Positions 36,054 through 45,752 of a stretch of 64,000 bases of DNA are shown one piece after another (position 1 is the stretch's first letter; every line of letters starts with the position of its first letter). Location: the IMG/VR virus record IMGVR_UViG_3300027708_001637; one strand, given 5' to 3'. The notes below the pieces were generated by a model. The model saw only the letters and a list, made by a program, of their open reading frames with translations. It had not been told where the DNA came from and made no database searches. The DNA comes from a virus. A program made the translations under genes and the position numbers.

Positions 36054-36077
36054 GGACCGTAATGGTCCTTTCTTTTT
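36054..36077 (+). terminator. Intrinsic terminator closing the early region
   Basis: GGACC-GTAAT-GGTCC then TTTCTTTTT. Confidence 0.7.
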
Positions 36078-36394
36078 GACCTGAGTGGTTGGTGGGTGGG
36101 GCGGTGGTCGTACAAAACGAAAACTGTTGTACAAAAGCAACAACTTGCTTGCCAAAAATTCTATCAAATCTTTCTATCAAAAAAATCCTAAATTCCACTC
36201 TTTAAAAAACCCGAGTTATAGTAGAACCACTCAGATCTAAATCTCCAGGTCTTTTTATTATTTTTTCACAGGTTTTGGGCTAGTATATAGGTCGGTGTCC
36301 CCAGCACCTTAGAAACTCTGACTAAATCTAAAGATGCCACTCAAAAATTTTTACGCGCCAAATTTTTGCTAGTGTATATAGACCTGGACTGCCA

Positions 36395-36712
36395 CTATGA
36401 CCCAAACTTCAGCAAGTATAGTAAGTATCTAGCATCGTCCACTACAGTGTATTCATCAGTAATCATACTGTTGTTATCCAGTATAACCTTCAATCCCCAC
36501 TGTTGTTCTAGCCATACGTGATATGTATTGGGAGTGGGGCAGTGTGTTCTTGCTCTTTTTAAACGTGCCCAATGTTGATCGCGTTTGATGCGCAGTTGAG
36601 TCAGTTCACTACTAACTGCCAGTATCTGTTCATTAACGTCTTCCATGTTATAACTAGGGTTATTGAGTTCGTCGTCCATAGTGTATATAGTGTGAGTAGA
36701 ATCAAGAGCCAC
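36395..36712 (-). CDS. Hypothetical protein
   Basis: ORF; likely start MDDELNN at 36679. Confidence 0.55.
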   Translation of the reverse strand: MALDSTHTIYTMDDELNNPSYNMEDVNEQILAVSSELTQLRIKRDQHWARLKRARTHCPTPNTYHVWLEQQWGLKVILDNNSMITDEYTVVDDARYLLYLLKFGS

Positions 36713-36772
36713 TCATAATATTGAGTATTAACTATGTAGATAATAGAGTATAAAAATCTTGCTTTGATGCTT

Positions 36773-37717
36773 TCAGCGCTTCGCGCTTCGCGCAGGGACG
36801 TCAGCTAACGTCCTAGCCAATCCTTGACTTAATGTGTATTGGGGATGCCAGTACAGTTCTTTTTGGATTTTGGTACAGTCAATACTGTATCTTCTATCGT
36901 GGCCCTTACGATCTTCCACGTGATCTATTAAGCTATAGGGCTTGTCCAGTAAGTCACATATCATCTTTACCAGCTCAATATTGGTAATTTCTTGGTGATC
37001 TGCTTGTCCAATGTTATATACTTGGCCTGGCTGGCCTTTATCTGCCACTTGTGTCAATGCTAGGCAGTGATCCCGTACATAGAGCCAATCTCTTATTTGT
37101 AAGCCATCTCCATACACGGGTACTGGTTTATTCGCTTGTAAACTGCGGATGATAGTGGGAATCATCTTTTCTTGGTGCTGTCTCGGACCATAGTTGTTGG
37201 AGCAGTGGGTAATTATGGCAGGTAGATTATAAGTATGGTGCCAAGCTGTAACTAGATGGTCAGAGGCAGCTTTGGTAGCACTGTAGGGATTACGAGTGTG
37301 GTATGGGGTCAATTCGTTGGTACTGCCCTGGGCCACGTGTCCATATACTTCATCAGTGCTTATGTGTATAAAGCGTTCCACTGGGTATTTGACCACAGCA
37401 TTGAGCAAGTTTGCAGTGCCAATAATGTTACTTTGAATAAAAGGGGCAACATCTAGTATACTGTTGTCCACGTGAGTTTCGGCAGCTAGATGATAAACTA
37501 GGGAGATATCATACTTGCGAAATATGTATTCCAGTGGTATGTTGTCAGTGAGATCCACTATTTCTGTGGGGATATTTCTCGCCTTTAAAGAATCGTAATA
37601 GGCAGCATTGGCCGCATAGCCCAAGTTATCTAAAGCCACTACAGACTGCCCTTGTTCTTCCAGTAGATCAACTAGGTGGCTACCAATAAAACCCAGTGCA
37701 CCAGTTACCAGTATCAT
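36773..37717 (-). CDS. rmlB: dTDP-glucose 4,6-dehydratase
   Basis: TGALGFIGS, HLAAETHVDNSI, HISTDEVYG, YSATK, NNYGPRQHQEK, RKGHDRRY. Confidence 0.95.
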   Translation of the reverse strand: MILVTGALGFIGSHLVDLLEEQGQSVVALDNLGYAANAAYYDSLKARNIPTEIVDLTDNIPLEYIFRKYDISLVYHLAAETHVDNSILDVAPFIQSNIIGTANLLNAVVKYPVERFIHISTDEVYGHVAQGSTNELTPYHTRNPYSATKAASDHLVTAWHHTYNLPAIITHCSNNYGPRQHQEKMIPTIIRSLQANKPVPVYGDGLQIRDWLYVRDHCLALTQVADKGQPGQVYNIGQADHQEITNIELVKMICDLLDKPYSLIDHVEDRKGHDRRYSIDCTKIQKELYWHPQYTLSQGLARTLADVPARSAKR

Positions 37718-38235
37718 AGCACTTGCCTGTCAAATATACACTGTAGTTCGTCCAGTGCTAGTTGATAGTTCTGTGTCACGTGAATAGCCGTGCCGCCTCG
37801 AGCACGCCATTCCTGTATATTGCTCACTCTATCATCCACCAGTATGTCACCAGGACGGCAGTGATGTTGCTTGTCTTGACTGTAGGGGCCAAAGTTTACA
37901 CGTATGCCTGGAAAGTATTGGTTCATCCAATCAATCTTATCCTGAAACACATCCGGAAAGTCATTGTCCCGGGGAATGGCAGTGAGCATACGCAGGTTAT
38001 AGCCCAGTTCTGATTCATAGCGGCGTGCCAGTGTGACCAGTTCGTGTGCGCGGGGCATGGGTGGTAGATCCCTGAAAAATCGGGGATAGTCCAGGATTCT
38101 GCGCCACTTGTCATCGGGATAGCGGCCGTCAAGTACAGCTTGATTTAGTTCTTCGGGGGTCAGCTGCATTAGGGTTTTGGCATGGGCGTCAAAGTCGGCA
38201 ACGACCCCATCCATGTCTAAGTATAAAGTATTCAT
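37714..38235 (-). CDS. HAD-family 5'(3')-deoxyribonucleotidase-like protein
   Basis: LYLDMDGVVADF; ILVDDRVSNIQEW. Confidence 0.88.
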   Translation of the reverse strand: MNTLYLDMDGVVADFDAHAKTLMQLTPEELNQAVLDGRYPDDKWRRILDYPRFFRDLPPMPRAHELVTLARRYESELGYNLRMLTAIPRDNDFPDVFQDKIDWMNQYFPGIRVNFGPYSQDKQHHCRPGDILVDDRVSNIQEWRARGGTAIHVTQNYQLALDELQCIFDRQVL

Positions 38236-38242
38236 ACTACTA

Positions 38243-38944
38243 TTATATACTAAGGCTACGGTTGTGAGCAATATCTAATAGTTGTTGTAGTTTACCAATC
38301 GAGTCGTCGTTACGTAGACTTTTGAATACCAAATTGGGTATGGAAAATTCACCTTTTGGGGTTTTCAATCCCAATTTACGATAATGGCGCAGCAGCTTCA
38401 TTGTATGTTGGGCAGCGGCGATATTTTTATTCTTGGTAGCGTGTTTAATAACTGTATGCCAATGACCAACTTTTTCTTTTACATCTTGCTCGTCATAGTC
38501 AGCAAATTCAGGAGGCTGTGGCTTTTTGACCCAGGCCTTGTCAAGTACGCTGTAACAGCCGCCACTCACAGCTGGCATATCCGCATCTTCCACGTATAGT
38601 TCTACTGGGATCTTGTGCACGTTGATATTGCGAGTTTTCTTGTAAAGTAAGCGTTTGGTATCTAATAGTTCGTGTATTTCTCTATCGCACTTGACTTGAC
38701 TGAGATCTGCAATAATGTGCAGGTCAATGTCACTGTGGCTGGTGTAGGTATAATTTGCGTTACCGCCAGTGATCACAATGTCTTTGATATCCAAATCTAT
38801 ATCTAGAAAGTCTATAAAATCTTCGGCAATGCGTAGTAGTGCTCCGTGAACCGCGCCTTGCAGTGTGCCTCGGGCTTCCCAAATTTTGGGATTAAGAGTA
38901 AGGTGTTGCCCGATAGGCGGTTCAAATAGTTCCAGCAAGTTCAT
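38243..38944 (-). CDS. Pol-beta-superfamily nucleotidyltransferase
   Basis: ITGGNANYTYTSHSDIDLHI, VELYVED; TATAAATA 6 nt upstream. Confidence 0.75.
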   Translation of the reverse strand: MNLLELFEPPIGQHLTLNPKIWEARGTLQGAVHGALLRIAEDFIDFLDIDLDIKDIVITGGNANYTYTSHSDIDLHIIADLSQVKCDREIHELLDTKRLLYKKTRNINVHKIPVELYVEDADMPAVSGGCYSVLDKAWVKKPQPPEFADYDEQDVKEKVGHWHTVIKHATKNKNIAAAQHTMKLLRHYRKLGLKTPKGEFSIPNLVFKSLRNDDSIGKLQQLLDIAHNRSLSI

Positions 38945-38976
38945 AAGTAATATTTATATAGAGTAAATATATCTAT

Positions 38977-39555
38977 ATGAGTACACAGTTATCTAATTTT
39001 TATTCAGGGCAGTTATTAGTGGCCAACCCCAATAATCCACGGGATGAGTTATCAAAAAGTGTAAGTTTAATTGTCAGCCATAATCGCCATTTGGCCCTAG
39101 CATTACAGTTAAACAATAGCCTGGTTCATATGACACTACACGAAGTGGCTGAAAACACTGGACTTGATACCAGTAGTTCTGCCAGCAGATTAGGCGTGCC
39201 TTTGTACTATGGTGGTGTTCATAATATACATAGGGTCCAAATAATCCACACGCCAGATTGGCGTGGACCCACTACTACCGTACTAAACAAAGAAATTGCC
39301 ATTACCAGCGACCTCAGTATATTGCAAGCATTGAGTCAAGGATATGGTCCCAAATTATTTAGAGCATGTGCAGGCTACTGGAGTTGGGAAGATGGCAAAC
39401 TGGATAATCAATTGGACAACAGTAACCAAGATGAAACGCATCGCTGGGAAATTGCCGACGCCAATATTGAAACCGTATTTAAAATAGACAGCGATCAACA
39501 ATGGCAACTTGGTCTAATCAATGCTGCACATATAACCACTGCCCAATGGCTTTAA
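38977..39555 (+). CDS. YqgE/AlgH-family protein
   Basis: LLVANP...SVSLIVSH...LQLN...LYYGGVH...AGYWSW...L. Confidence 0.8.
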   Translation: MSTQLSNFYSGQLLVANPNNPRDELSKSVSLIVSHNRHLALALQLNNSLVHMTLHEVAENTGLDTSSSASRLGVPLYYGGVHNIHRVQIIHTPDWRGPTTTVLNKEIAITSDLSILQALSQGYGPKLFRACAGYWSWEDGKLDNQLDNSNQDETHRWEIADANIETVFKIDSDQQWQLGLINAAHITTAQWL

Positions 39556-41021
39556 TCCTTTTCAGGATTTAAGTTATCCAGCATACTTCTAATCTTGGGT
39601 GCTTGACCTGTAGACTTTGATTGCAGTTTAGTAAAGTCAAACCCTTCCTTAGCCTTGGGCTTTTCCCAATTATCAACTGTACTAGTACTTACTACACTGG
39701 TACGTTTTAAGCCTTCCATTACACTGGACGTTCCGCCGCCGCCTTGCCTAAAACCTGGTTGTTGCTGTTCTTCTTCATCAATGTCAGTAATACGCAATGT
39801 ATCAATATTAAATTCCAAATCACATTTCTGACCAACACCACTACTACTACGTGTCTTCATAAACTGGATTTGATAGCGCCCACGTTCCTTCATAGCACGA
39901 CTGGTAAAGATACCAATTACGTTATCTGCTGTCATAATCTTACTTAGGCCACCCGAGATATGACTGTGGTCAAATTCAATTTCTTCAACAGCACTACGAT
40001 TCAACTGACTGGCAGTAACAGTCACACATTGTGTTTCCATTGCTAAGTTTCTGATCTCTTCAGCCACGTATTTGTCCTTAACAAACAAATCACTGGGACT
40101 TACCTTCACACTTAAAGGCATCATTAAATCAAGGTAATCTATAAGCAAAACGTCTGGTTTCACGCCTGTTTTAACCTGATATTCCTTTAAATAGGCTCGA
40201 ATATCGTTACAGTTTTTTCCTGAAGGCATATACTTAACTTGCATATGTCCACTACGTTTTCCCAACATTTTAACTTTGAGTTCAACGTCATCCAAGTTGC
40301 GGAAGATCTCTCTAGTACCAATGCCAGTTGTCATACTGTCCAATCGCATTGACACCAAACCTTCACTCAACTCAAATGTTAGATAGATAACGTTCAAACC
40401 CATCAGTGCCCAGTTCACGCCCAAGTTAGCCAAGAACAAACTCTTACCACCACCCGATCCTGCACAGAAGATATTCAACTCACCACGATTGAATCCTCCA
40501 TACAGCTTCTTATCAACACCTGGCCATCCTGTACTAATCTGTCCATTGTTGTCTTTAAGTTTTGCCAAACGGGCACGGGGATCAGCAAAGTAATCAGTGC
40601 CCATATCTTTGTTAAGACTAATTTGAATAGCGTTCTTAATTAGTAATTCAACTGGACCATAGTCGCCCGCTTCCAGCAAATCACTGGATTCAATAATAGC
40701 ACGTTCAAGTCCTTTATGTCGACTAAAATTTTCAAACTCATTCATTAGCCATTCGTAGTTTTCTTTGGGAATTTGAATTGCTTCAAACTCACTGCGAGTG
40801 GCTGCATTGACAATATTTGTCTCGGGCATTACCTTATAGTCATCAACATACTTGTTAATAAATTCGGCCGATGTCTGTAGTCTTTGATCAAAGTTTAATG
40901 GATCAAAAATATTTTGGCAGCGTATAAAAGTTTCAGCATCACTTAGAAACATTTCCAAGTAAAGTTTTTGCATCGCATAATCGTAATTGGGTTTTGGCGT
41001 ATCTTTTTTATTCTTTGACAT
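39552..41021 (-). CDS. Replicative DnaB/gp41-like helicase
   Basis: AGSGGGKS, LLIDYLDL, TASQLNRS, MKTRSS. Confidence 0.93.
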   Translation of the reverse strand: MSKNKKDTPKPNYDYAMQKLYLEMFLSDAETFIRCQNIFDPLNFDQRLQTSAEFINKYVDDYKVMPETNIVNAATRSEFEAIQIPKENYEWLMNEFENFSRHKGLERAIIESSDLLEAGDYGPVELLIKNAIQISLNKDMGTDYFADPRARLAKLKDNNGQISTGWPGVDKKLYGGFNRGELNIFCAGSGGGKSLFLANLGVNWALMGLNVIYLTFELSEGLVSMRLDSMTTGIGTREIFRNLDDVELKVKMLGKRSGHMQVKYMPSGKNCNDIRAYLKEYQVKTGVKPDVLLIDYLDLMMPLSVKVSPSDLFVKDKYVAEEIRNLAMETQCVTVTASQLNRSAVEEIEFDHSHISGGLSKIMTADNVIGIFTSRAMKERGRYQIQFMKTRSSSGVGQKCDLEFNIDTLRITDIDEEEQQQPGFRQGGGGTSSVMEGLKRTSVVSTSTVDNWEKPKAKEGFDFTKLQSKSTGQAPKIRSMLDNLNPEKD

Positions 41022-42006
41022 TTAGTAGTTTCTTTTCTAATAGGTGTAAATTTATCTCGCCCTGTACTCGATAGTGTAGGATAGTAGTTAGCACGTACAG
41101 ACGACCGTATCGTTTAACTGCATCTGCCACATCTTTTATATCATCCTCCCACGGTGGCAAACTGGCACTCCATTTATTTTTTATGGCAGCGCCGACAAGT
41201 TTTGCACCAGGTTTATCTTTATCTGGAACAACAATGACTTCTCTACCTAGCGAGTTCAGTCGTGTACATTGAGTTTCATTTGGATCGTTATGCATTACAG
41301 CACAACCATCTATCGCTATGGCATCAAATTGGCCTTCTACAACGATGACGTATTTACGGTCGAATGTCTGTGCATCCAAATTAAACACATAACCTGGTTG
41401 TGCGTCCGTTAGATATTTTGGCTTACCTTCTTTGATCTTGCGTCCAGTGTAACCTACGATTTTCCCGTCGTGATAAAATGGCAGTATGACTCGATCTCGG
41501 TATCCATCAGCCGCACTCCAATGCCAGTTGTACCAATCCCACCCCATCTTACGAGTGGTTACAACATATTCGATTACTGCCAACAATTCTGGATCGTGGC
41601 ATCCTTCCTCTATCCAAGTATCGATTGGCAAGCAATCATCAGGTAGGGGTTTTTCCTGTAAAGTAAAGTTTAGCGGCTTCTTAAGTACAGGTTGGTCGTC
41701 TACTACCTTCAATGCCACTAGGTTTAATTTGCCAATGTCTATTTCACTAAGCCCCATCCATTTGAATAGGCTTCTAGTATTCTTGCTGAGTAGTTTGCCC
41801 GGAGTCCATCCTGCTTTGAATCCGCAGTTGAAGCAGTGGTAAACAAATCCGTCTTTGTCGATTCTTATTCCACCACGAGCCCGTGTATCCATACTATCAC
41901 CATTATGATGACAGCATACCGCGTTGAAGCTGGTCCATCCACTTGGAGAGGATTTACGCTTTGGAGGCAATAGTGCTAACAGGGTATCCTGTATTTCATT
42001 CATCAA
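41008..42006 (-). CDS. DNA primase (Zn finger and TOPRIM)
   Basis: CCHH...YHCFNCG; VVEGQFDAI; PDKD; KDVAD. Confidence 0.85.
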   Translation of the reverse strand: MMNEIQDTLLALLPPKRKSSPSGWTSFNAVCCHHNGDSMDTRARGGIRIDKDGFVYHCFNCGFKAGWTPGKLLSKNTRSLFKWMGLSEIDIGKLNLVALKVVDDQPVLKKPLNFTLQEKPLPDDCLPIDTWIEEGCHDPELLAVIEYVVTTRKMGWDWYNWHWSAADGYRDRVILPFYHDGKIVGYTGRKIKEGKPKYLTDAQPGYVFNLDAQTFDRKYVIVVEGQFDAIAIDGCAVMHNDPNETQCTRLNSLGREVIVVPDKDKPGAKLVGAAIKNKWSASLPPWEDDIKDVADAVKRYGRLYVLTTILHYRVQGEINLHLLEKKLLNVKE

Positions 42007-42049
42007 CTATTGTAACGTAACTGTATTACTAAGTCAACAAGCGTGATGT

Positions 42050-42904
42050 TCAACTTCTATATAAGACTCGGTCAAACGAACCGTAATAAGCAGGGTCGTC
42101 GTTGGTATTGGTGGCAGGATTATCTGCAGGGATGAATTGAACACGGACATAACTGTATATACCGTTAAAGTTGACATAGTCAACGCCGCTAAATCCATCA
42201 TAAGTCAACGACTGTACATTGAAATAGTAGCCAGTTGAGTCTGGTTGATTATTCATTGTGGCCTGTATGTTTACCGTACCTTTGAAGTCAGTCATATACA
42301 GGGCCATTGTGTGTAATGCCGTGTTGCTTTTATATTCTGGATAGGCATAGACATTGCCGCTAGTGTGTTCGTATTTGCCCAGGCCGCCGTGGAGGCTGCT
42401 GTTGAATCTACGAATAAATGCAGTAATTTCTTGACTGGGCTGTAGTGCAGGGTAAATGTCCTCTGCCAAAGTCAGTGTACCGTTGATGCCATAGTAGGTA
42501 TTTGAATAAGCTGGCAAATAAGTTCCGTCAGCAGGATCTTGGTAAGTGATGGAGAAAGTGTAACTGCTAACATCCAAGTCTACTGTATCACTTTCGGTAA
42601 GTGTCAATTGTGCTAGTCCACGGAGGGCTAAGGTAGACCCATCGTCAATAACTGTCAATTGTTTTTGTAACAATTGTCTTTTCTCAAGTGCGTCAAACAT
42701 AGTAAACACAAAAGTTGAACTGTTGCTGATAGGTATACGTTTTTGGTCGCTATTCTTAAATTGAATTTGAACCTTGTTTTTGACACCCTTTTGTATTTTT
42801 AGATCACGTTGATACATAACTCGATTGACTCCTCGCACAGTTGAATCCAGGTCTAATATAACTGGATAAATATTTGGATATAAATAGACTGGTAAACTTA
42901 ACAT
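42050..42904 (-). CDS. Hypothetical late protein, probably structural
   Basis: TAAATA 5 nt upstream; beta-rich sequence. Confidence 0.65.
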   Translation of the reverse strand: MLSLPVYLYPNIYPVILDLDSTVRGVNRVMYQRDLKIQKGVKNKVQIQFKNSDQKRIPISNSSTFVFTMFDALEKRQLLQKQLTVIDDGSTLALRGLAQLTLTESDTVDLDVSSYTFSITYQDPADGTYLPAYSNTYYGINGTLTLAEDIYPALQPSQEITAFIRRFNSSLHGGLGKYEHTSGNVYAYPEYKSNTALHTMALYMTDFKGTVNIQATMNNQPDSTGYYFNVQSLTYDGFSGVDYVNFNGIYSYVRVQFIPADNPATNTNDDPAYYGSFDRVLYRS

Positions 42905-42924
42905 ATGAGTATTTATTGATTACA

Positions 42925-43308
42925 ATGTCATCTTCCGAAACCTTCCAAGAACTCCACCCCTTTGTCTCCTGCGTAAAATCGAACAATATCGAATACGTGG
43001 GCATTGTTATCAATTTTGATGACTACGTTACTAGCATATATGATATTAGTATGATAATTACAGACGAGGCACGTCGTAAATTTTTAGAATTGGGTGAAGT
43101 TTGGTGGTGGGAATCTAATAGAAAGATTCCCATTAGCATTTTTCTAAAGAAGGAAATGCAGGCATTTAGATATGCTATCAAAACATTTAATAGCAAAGAT
43201 ATCGAATTAGTATTTGGGCCCAGTGTAAATCTAAGTGAGATCGCCGAAAAGCGTATCAAACGCAAAAGTATTCAACTAGTACGTGTTCCTAAGAATACCC
43301 GTAACTGA
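42925..43308 (+). CDS. Hypothetical protein
   Basis: Start MSSSETFQELHPF. Confidence 0.7.
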   Translation: MSSSETFQELHPFVSCVKSNNIEYVGIVINFDDYVTSIYDISMIITDEARRKFLELGEVWWWESNRKIPISIFLKKEMQAFRYAIKTFNSKDIELVFGPSVNLSEIAEKRIKRKSIQLVRVPKNTRN

Positions 43309-43867
43309 TCTTTTCACAAATCAAATTCAATTGCACTACAATAACACTTGCATAGGAAATTGAATGACTCTTCTTAAAGAAATAGGTATCGTCAGTCTTA
43401 GTCCAAATTTCATCTTGGATCGCTTGGAAGCCCTGCTCCTTGCATATTGGAACGAGATGTTTCTTCCCAGGTCGCATCATAGCCAAGACCATAGCTAACT
43501 CAGTTACACTTTTTGGCGCAAGACTGGCTACCAATGTATGATATCCATTAATATGGAATAATTGATCGCACACTTCTTTCTCGCCTAGCAATTCCCAAAG
43601 TGGTTCAGTATTCAGCAATTGAACTAAATGGTCTTCATCTCTAACACCTTGATAAGCACTGACATTCAAAAAGTCAATCTTAAAATATCCTCTTGATTCA
43701 GCAGTCTTATAATCAATACTGGCTTGCCCAGTCAGTGGATTAACGGGAATAGGTTGACAATAAACACCTGTGTTATGTTTGCGTCCATCTTCCAAAGTGG
43801 CAGGAATATGTTTAATGATGTCTAACACACCATTACGATTTGCAAAGTCTAAATCAATATCCGGCAA
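43289..43867 (-). CDS. Miniature DNA polymerase III alpha (DnaE) catalytic-core homologue
   Basis: MPDIDLDF, GYFKIDFL, AMMRPG, FKKSHSISYA in only 192 aa. Confidence 0.85.
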   Translation of the reverse strand: MPDIDLDFANRNGVLDIIKHIPATLEDGRKHNTGVYCQPIPVNPLTGQASIDYKTAESRGYFKIDFLNVSAYQGVRDEDHLVQLLNTEPLWELLGEKEVCDQLFHINGYHTLVASLAPKSVTELAMVLAMMRPGKKHLVPICKEQGFQAIQDEIWTKTDDTYFFKKSHSISYASVIVVQLNLICEKISYGYS

Positions 43868-44648
43868 TTCTTATCTCATCATAGGTTGGTGCATAATTAC
43901 CGCGGTGTTGAACTGTTATGCTTGCAGCGGTGTTAGCAAACATTATAGCAATTTTTATGTTTCCTGTCAATAGGTATTGATAAGTTAGCGCTGCCAAAAA
44001 AGTATCCCCTGCACCGCACACATCTGCTACTTCAACTTTAGTTGTTCGATATGTTTTGCCTTTATATTGAGCACCTTTGTCTCCTAACGTAACAATAACA
44101 TTGTCGCCAAGTGTTTTGGCATTCTTAAATTCAAGTTCGTTAATTTTGATATAAACGTGGGGTGACTGGAATGGGCGGGCGATGTCTGCTAATCTAGTTT
44201 TCTTTGTATCAATAAAGACTGGACACGAAACTTGTCTAACGAGGTCTTCTATTTCATCATAACGTAAAAAACCCTTATCATAATCTGATATCACAATGGC
44301 ATCATAACTTGTAATAGGGTCCGATGTTTTGCCACTCCAGTGAACAATTTTGGGTTCATCATCCACTCTTAGTAAATGTTGTCCTGATCGTTTATCAATA
44401 TATCTAGTCTTTTTAATGACGGCATCGTTAGTAATGAACTCTGCATCAATGCCTAACTGTTTAAGATTATTATATACGTTAGCAGCCATACCAGGCACTG
44501 TTGTAGTTTCAACATCCTTGATAACTGGCACTGGTGCTTCTGGACTCAGTCTATCAACTGTTCCAATCTTATATTCATCAATGCAACTATCACCGATCAG
44601 TAATACTTTGAATAATTTTTGTGCTGGAGTATTCTTCAATTCTGTCAT
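43854..44648 (-). CDS. rfaE: Heptose-7-phosphate kinase (HldE/RfaE domain I, PfkB family)
   Basis: IGDSCIDEY..GTVDRLSPEAPVPV, ISDYDKG, DVCGAGDTF. Confidence 0.9.
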   Translation of the reverse strand: MTELKNTPAQKLFKVLLIGDSCIDEYKIGTVDRLSPEAPVPVIKDVETTTVPGMAANVYNNLKQLGIDAEFITNDAVIKKTRYIDKRSGQHLLRVDDEPKIVHWSGKTSDPITSYDAIVISDYDKGFLRYDEIEDLVRQVSCPVFIDTKKTRLADIARPFQSPHVYIKINELEFKNAKTLGDNVIVTLGDKGAQYKGKTYRTTKVEVADVCGAGDTFLAALTYQYLLTGNIKIAIMFANTAASITVQHRGNYAPTYDEIRIAGY

Positions 44649-44988
44649 ACCAATGTATCTTTTTAACGTATTGTTCTGCTACTACGCTTTTGCCTCGCCA
44701 ATCACTACCCTTAACCATAATGTCTGGCTGGTAAAGTTTAAGTAATCTAATAAGGTCTTCTTGACTGTCAAATAGTTCTACAATATCTACAGCCTTTAAA
44801 TTTTGTAGCATTATTCTGCGAAAGTTTTGATCGTTGATAGGTCGCTTATCGCCCTTAAGTTCTTTAACACGGCTGTCAGTATCGATACATACAACAAGGT
44901 AGTCACCTAAACTACGGGCCGTGTTTAGCATAGCAATATGCCCCGGATGGAGAATATCGAATGTACCATTTACAATCACTGTAGTCAT
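44590..44988 (-). CDS. Heptose-1-phosphate nucleotidyltransferase (HldE/RfaE domain II)
   Basis: NGTFDILHPGH, DSRVKELKGDKRPIN, VKGSDW, YSSTKII. Confidence 0.9.
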   Translation of the reverse strand: MTTVIVNGTFDILHPGHIAMLNTARSLGDYLVVCIDTDSRVKELKGDKRPINDQNFRRIMLQNLKAVDIVELFDSQEDLIRLLKLYQPDIMVKGSDWRGKSVVAEQYVKKIHWYDRIEEYSSTKIIQSITDR

Positions 44989-45752
44989 GGATAATGCTTT
45001 CTTAACTTGGTCACGTCTGCACAAGTATATTTTTGATACTGTGTTTTAAGGTCATCTGGCATTGGGATATATTCAATCTTTGCTTCTAGACCTTCAGCAA
45101 TAGTTTCTGCAATATGTTGGAATGACTGTGGCTTGCCTGTTCCCACATTCCATATACCAGACTCTTGTACATTAAAGAATTTCTTGTGTACATTGATTAC
45201 TTCGCTGACTGGAACAAAATCACGTAGGAATTGGTCACTACCTTCAAACAATTTAATAACACCAGTCTCTTCTGCTTGCTTAGTAAACTTATGATGTGGA
45301 CTAGGTTGATCTTTATGATCTTCGTGAGGGCCGTAAACATTGAAGTAACGGAAACCTTGTACACGAATGTCCTTAAAGTTTTGCGACATCACACTTCTAT
45401 CAAATAGGTATTTGCTCCAAGCATAGGGACTTGCAGGATTTGGCGGGGTATTTTCACTAAAATTATTAGTCAGCCCGTATACGCTGGCACTGCTGGCATA
45501 TTGCAAGTTAACACCATTTTCTATGCAGGCTAACAGTGTTAGACAACTAAAGTCATGATTTTGTCTCATAACTTTTTCTACATCTCGTTCGTTAGTGCTA
45601 CTAATTGCACCTAAGTGAATACACCAATCTAAACCAGCAAAGTTTGGAGGAGCATCACCCCAGTTGTAAAAAGAAAGTTCGTGGTCGTCTTTAAGTGCAT
45701 TGACCATATTTTGGCCAATAAAACCTTTATGACCCGTAATTAAGATTTTCAT
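44985..45752 (-). CDS. hldD: ADP-L-glycero-D-manno-heptose 6-epimerase-like SDR
   Basis: HLGAISSTNERD, YASSASVYG, YAWSK, GFRYFNVYGPHEDHK, YQKYTCAD. Confidence 0.88.
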   Translation of the reverse strand: MKILITGHKGFIGQNMVNALKDDHELSFYNWGDAPPNFAGLDWCIHLGAISSTNERDVEKVMRQNHDFSCLTLLACIENGVNLQYASSASVYGLTNNFSENTPPNPASPYAWSKYLFDRSVMSQNFKDIRVQGFRYFNVYGPHEDHKDQPSPHHKFTKQAEETGVIKLFEGSDQFLRDFVPVSEVINVHKKFFNVQESGIWNVGTGKPQSFQHIAETIAEGLEAKIEYIPMPDDLKTQYQKYTCADVTKLRKHYP

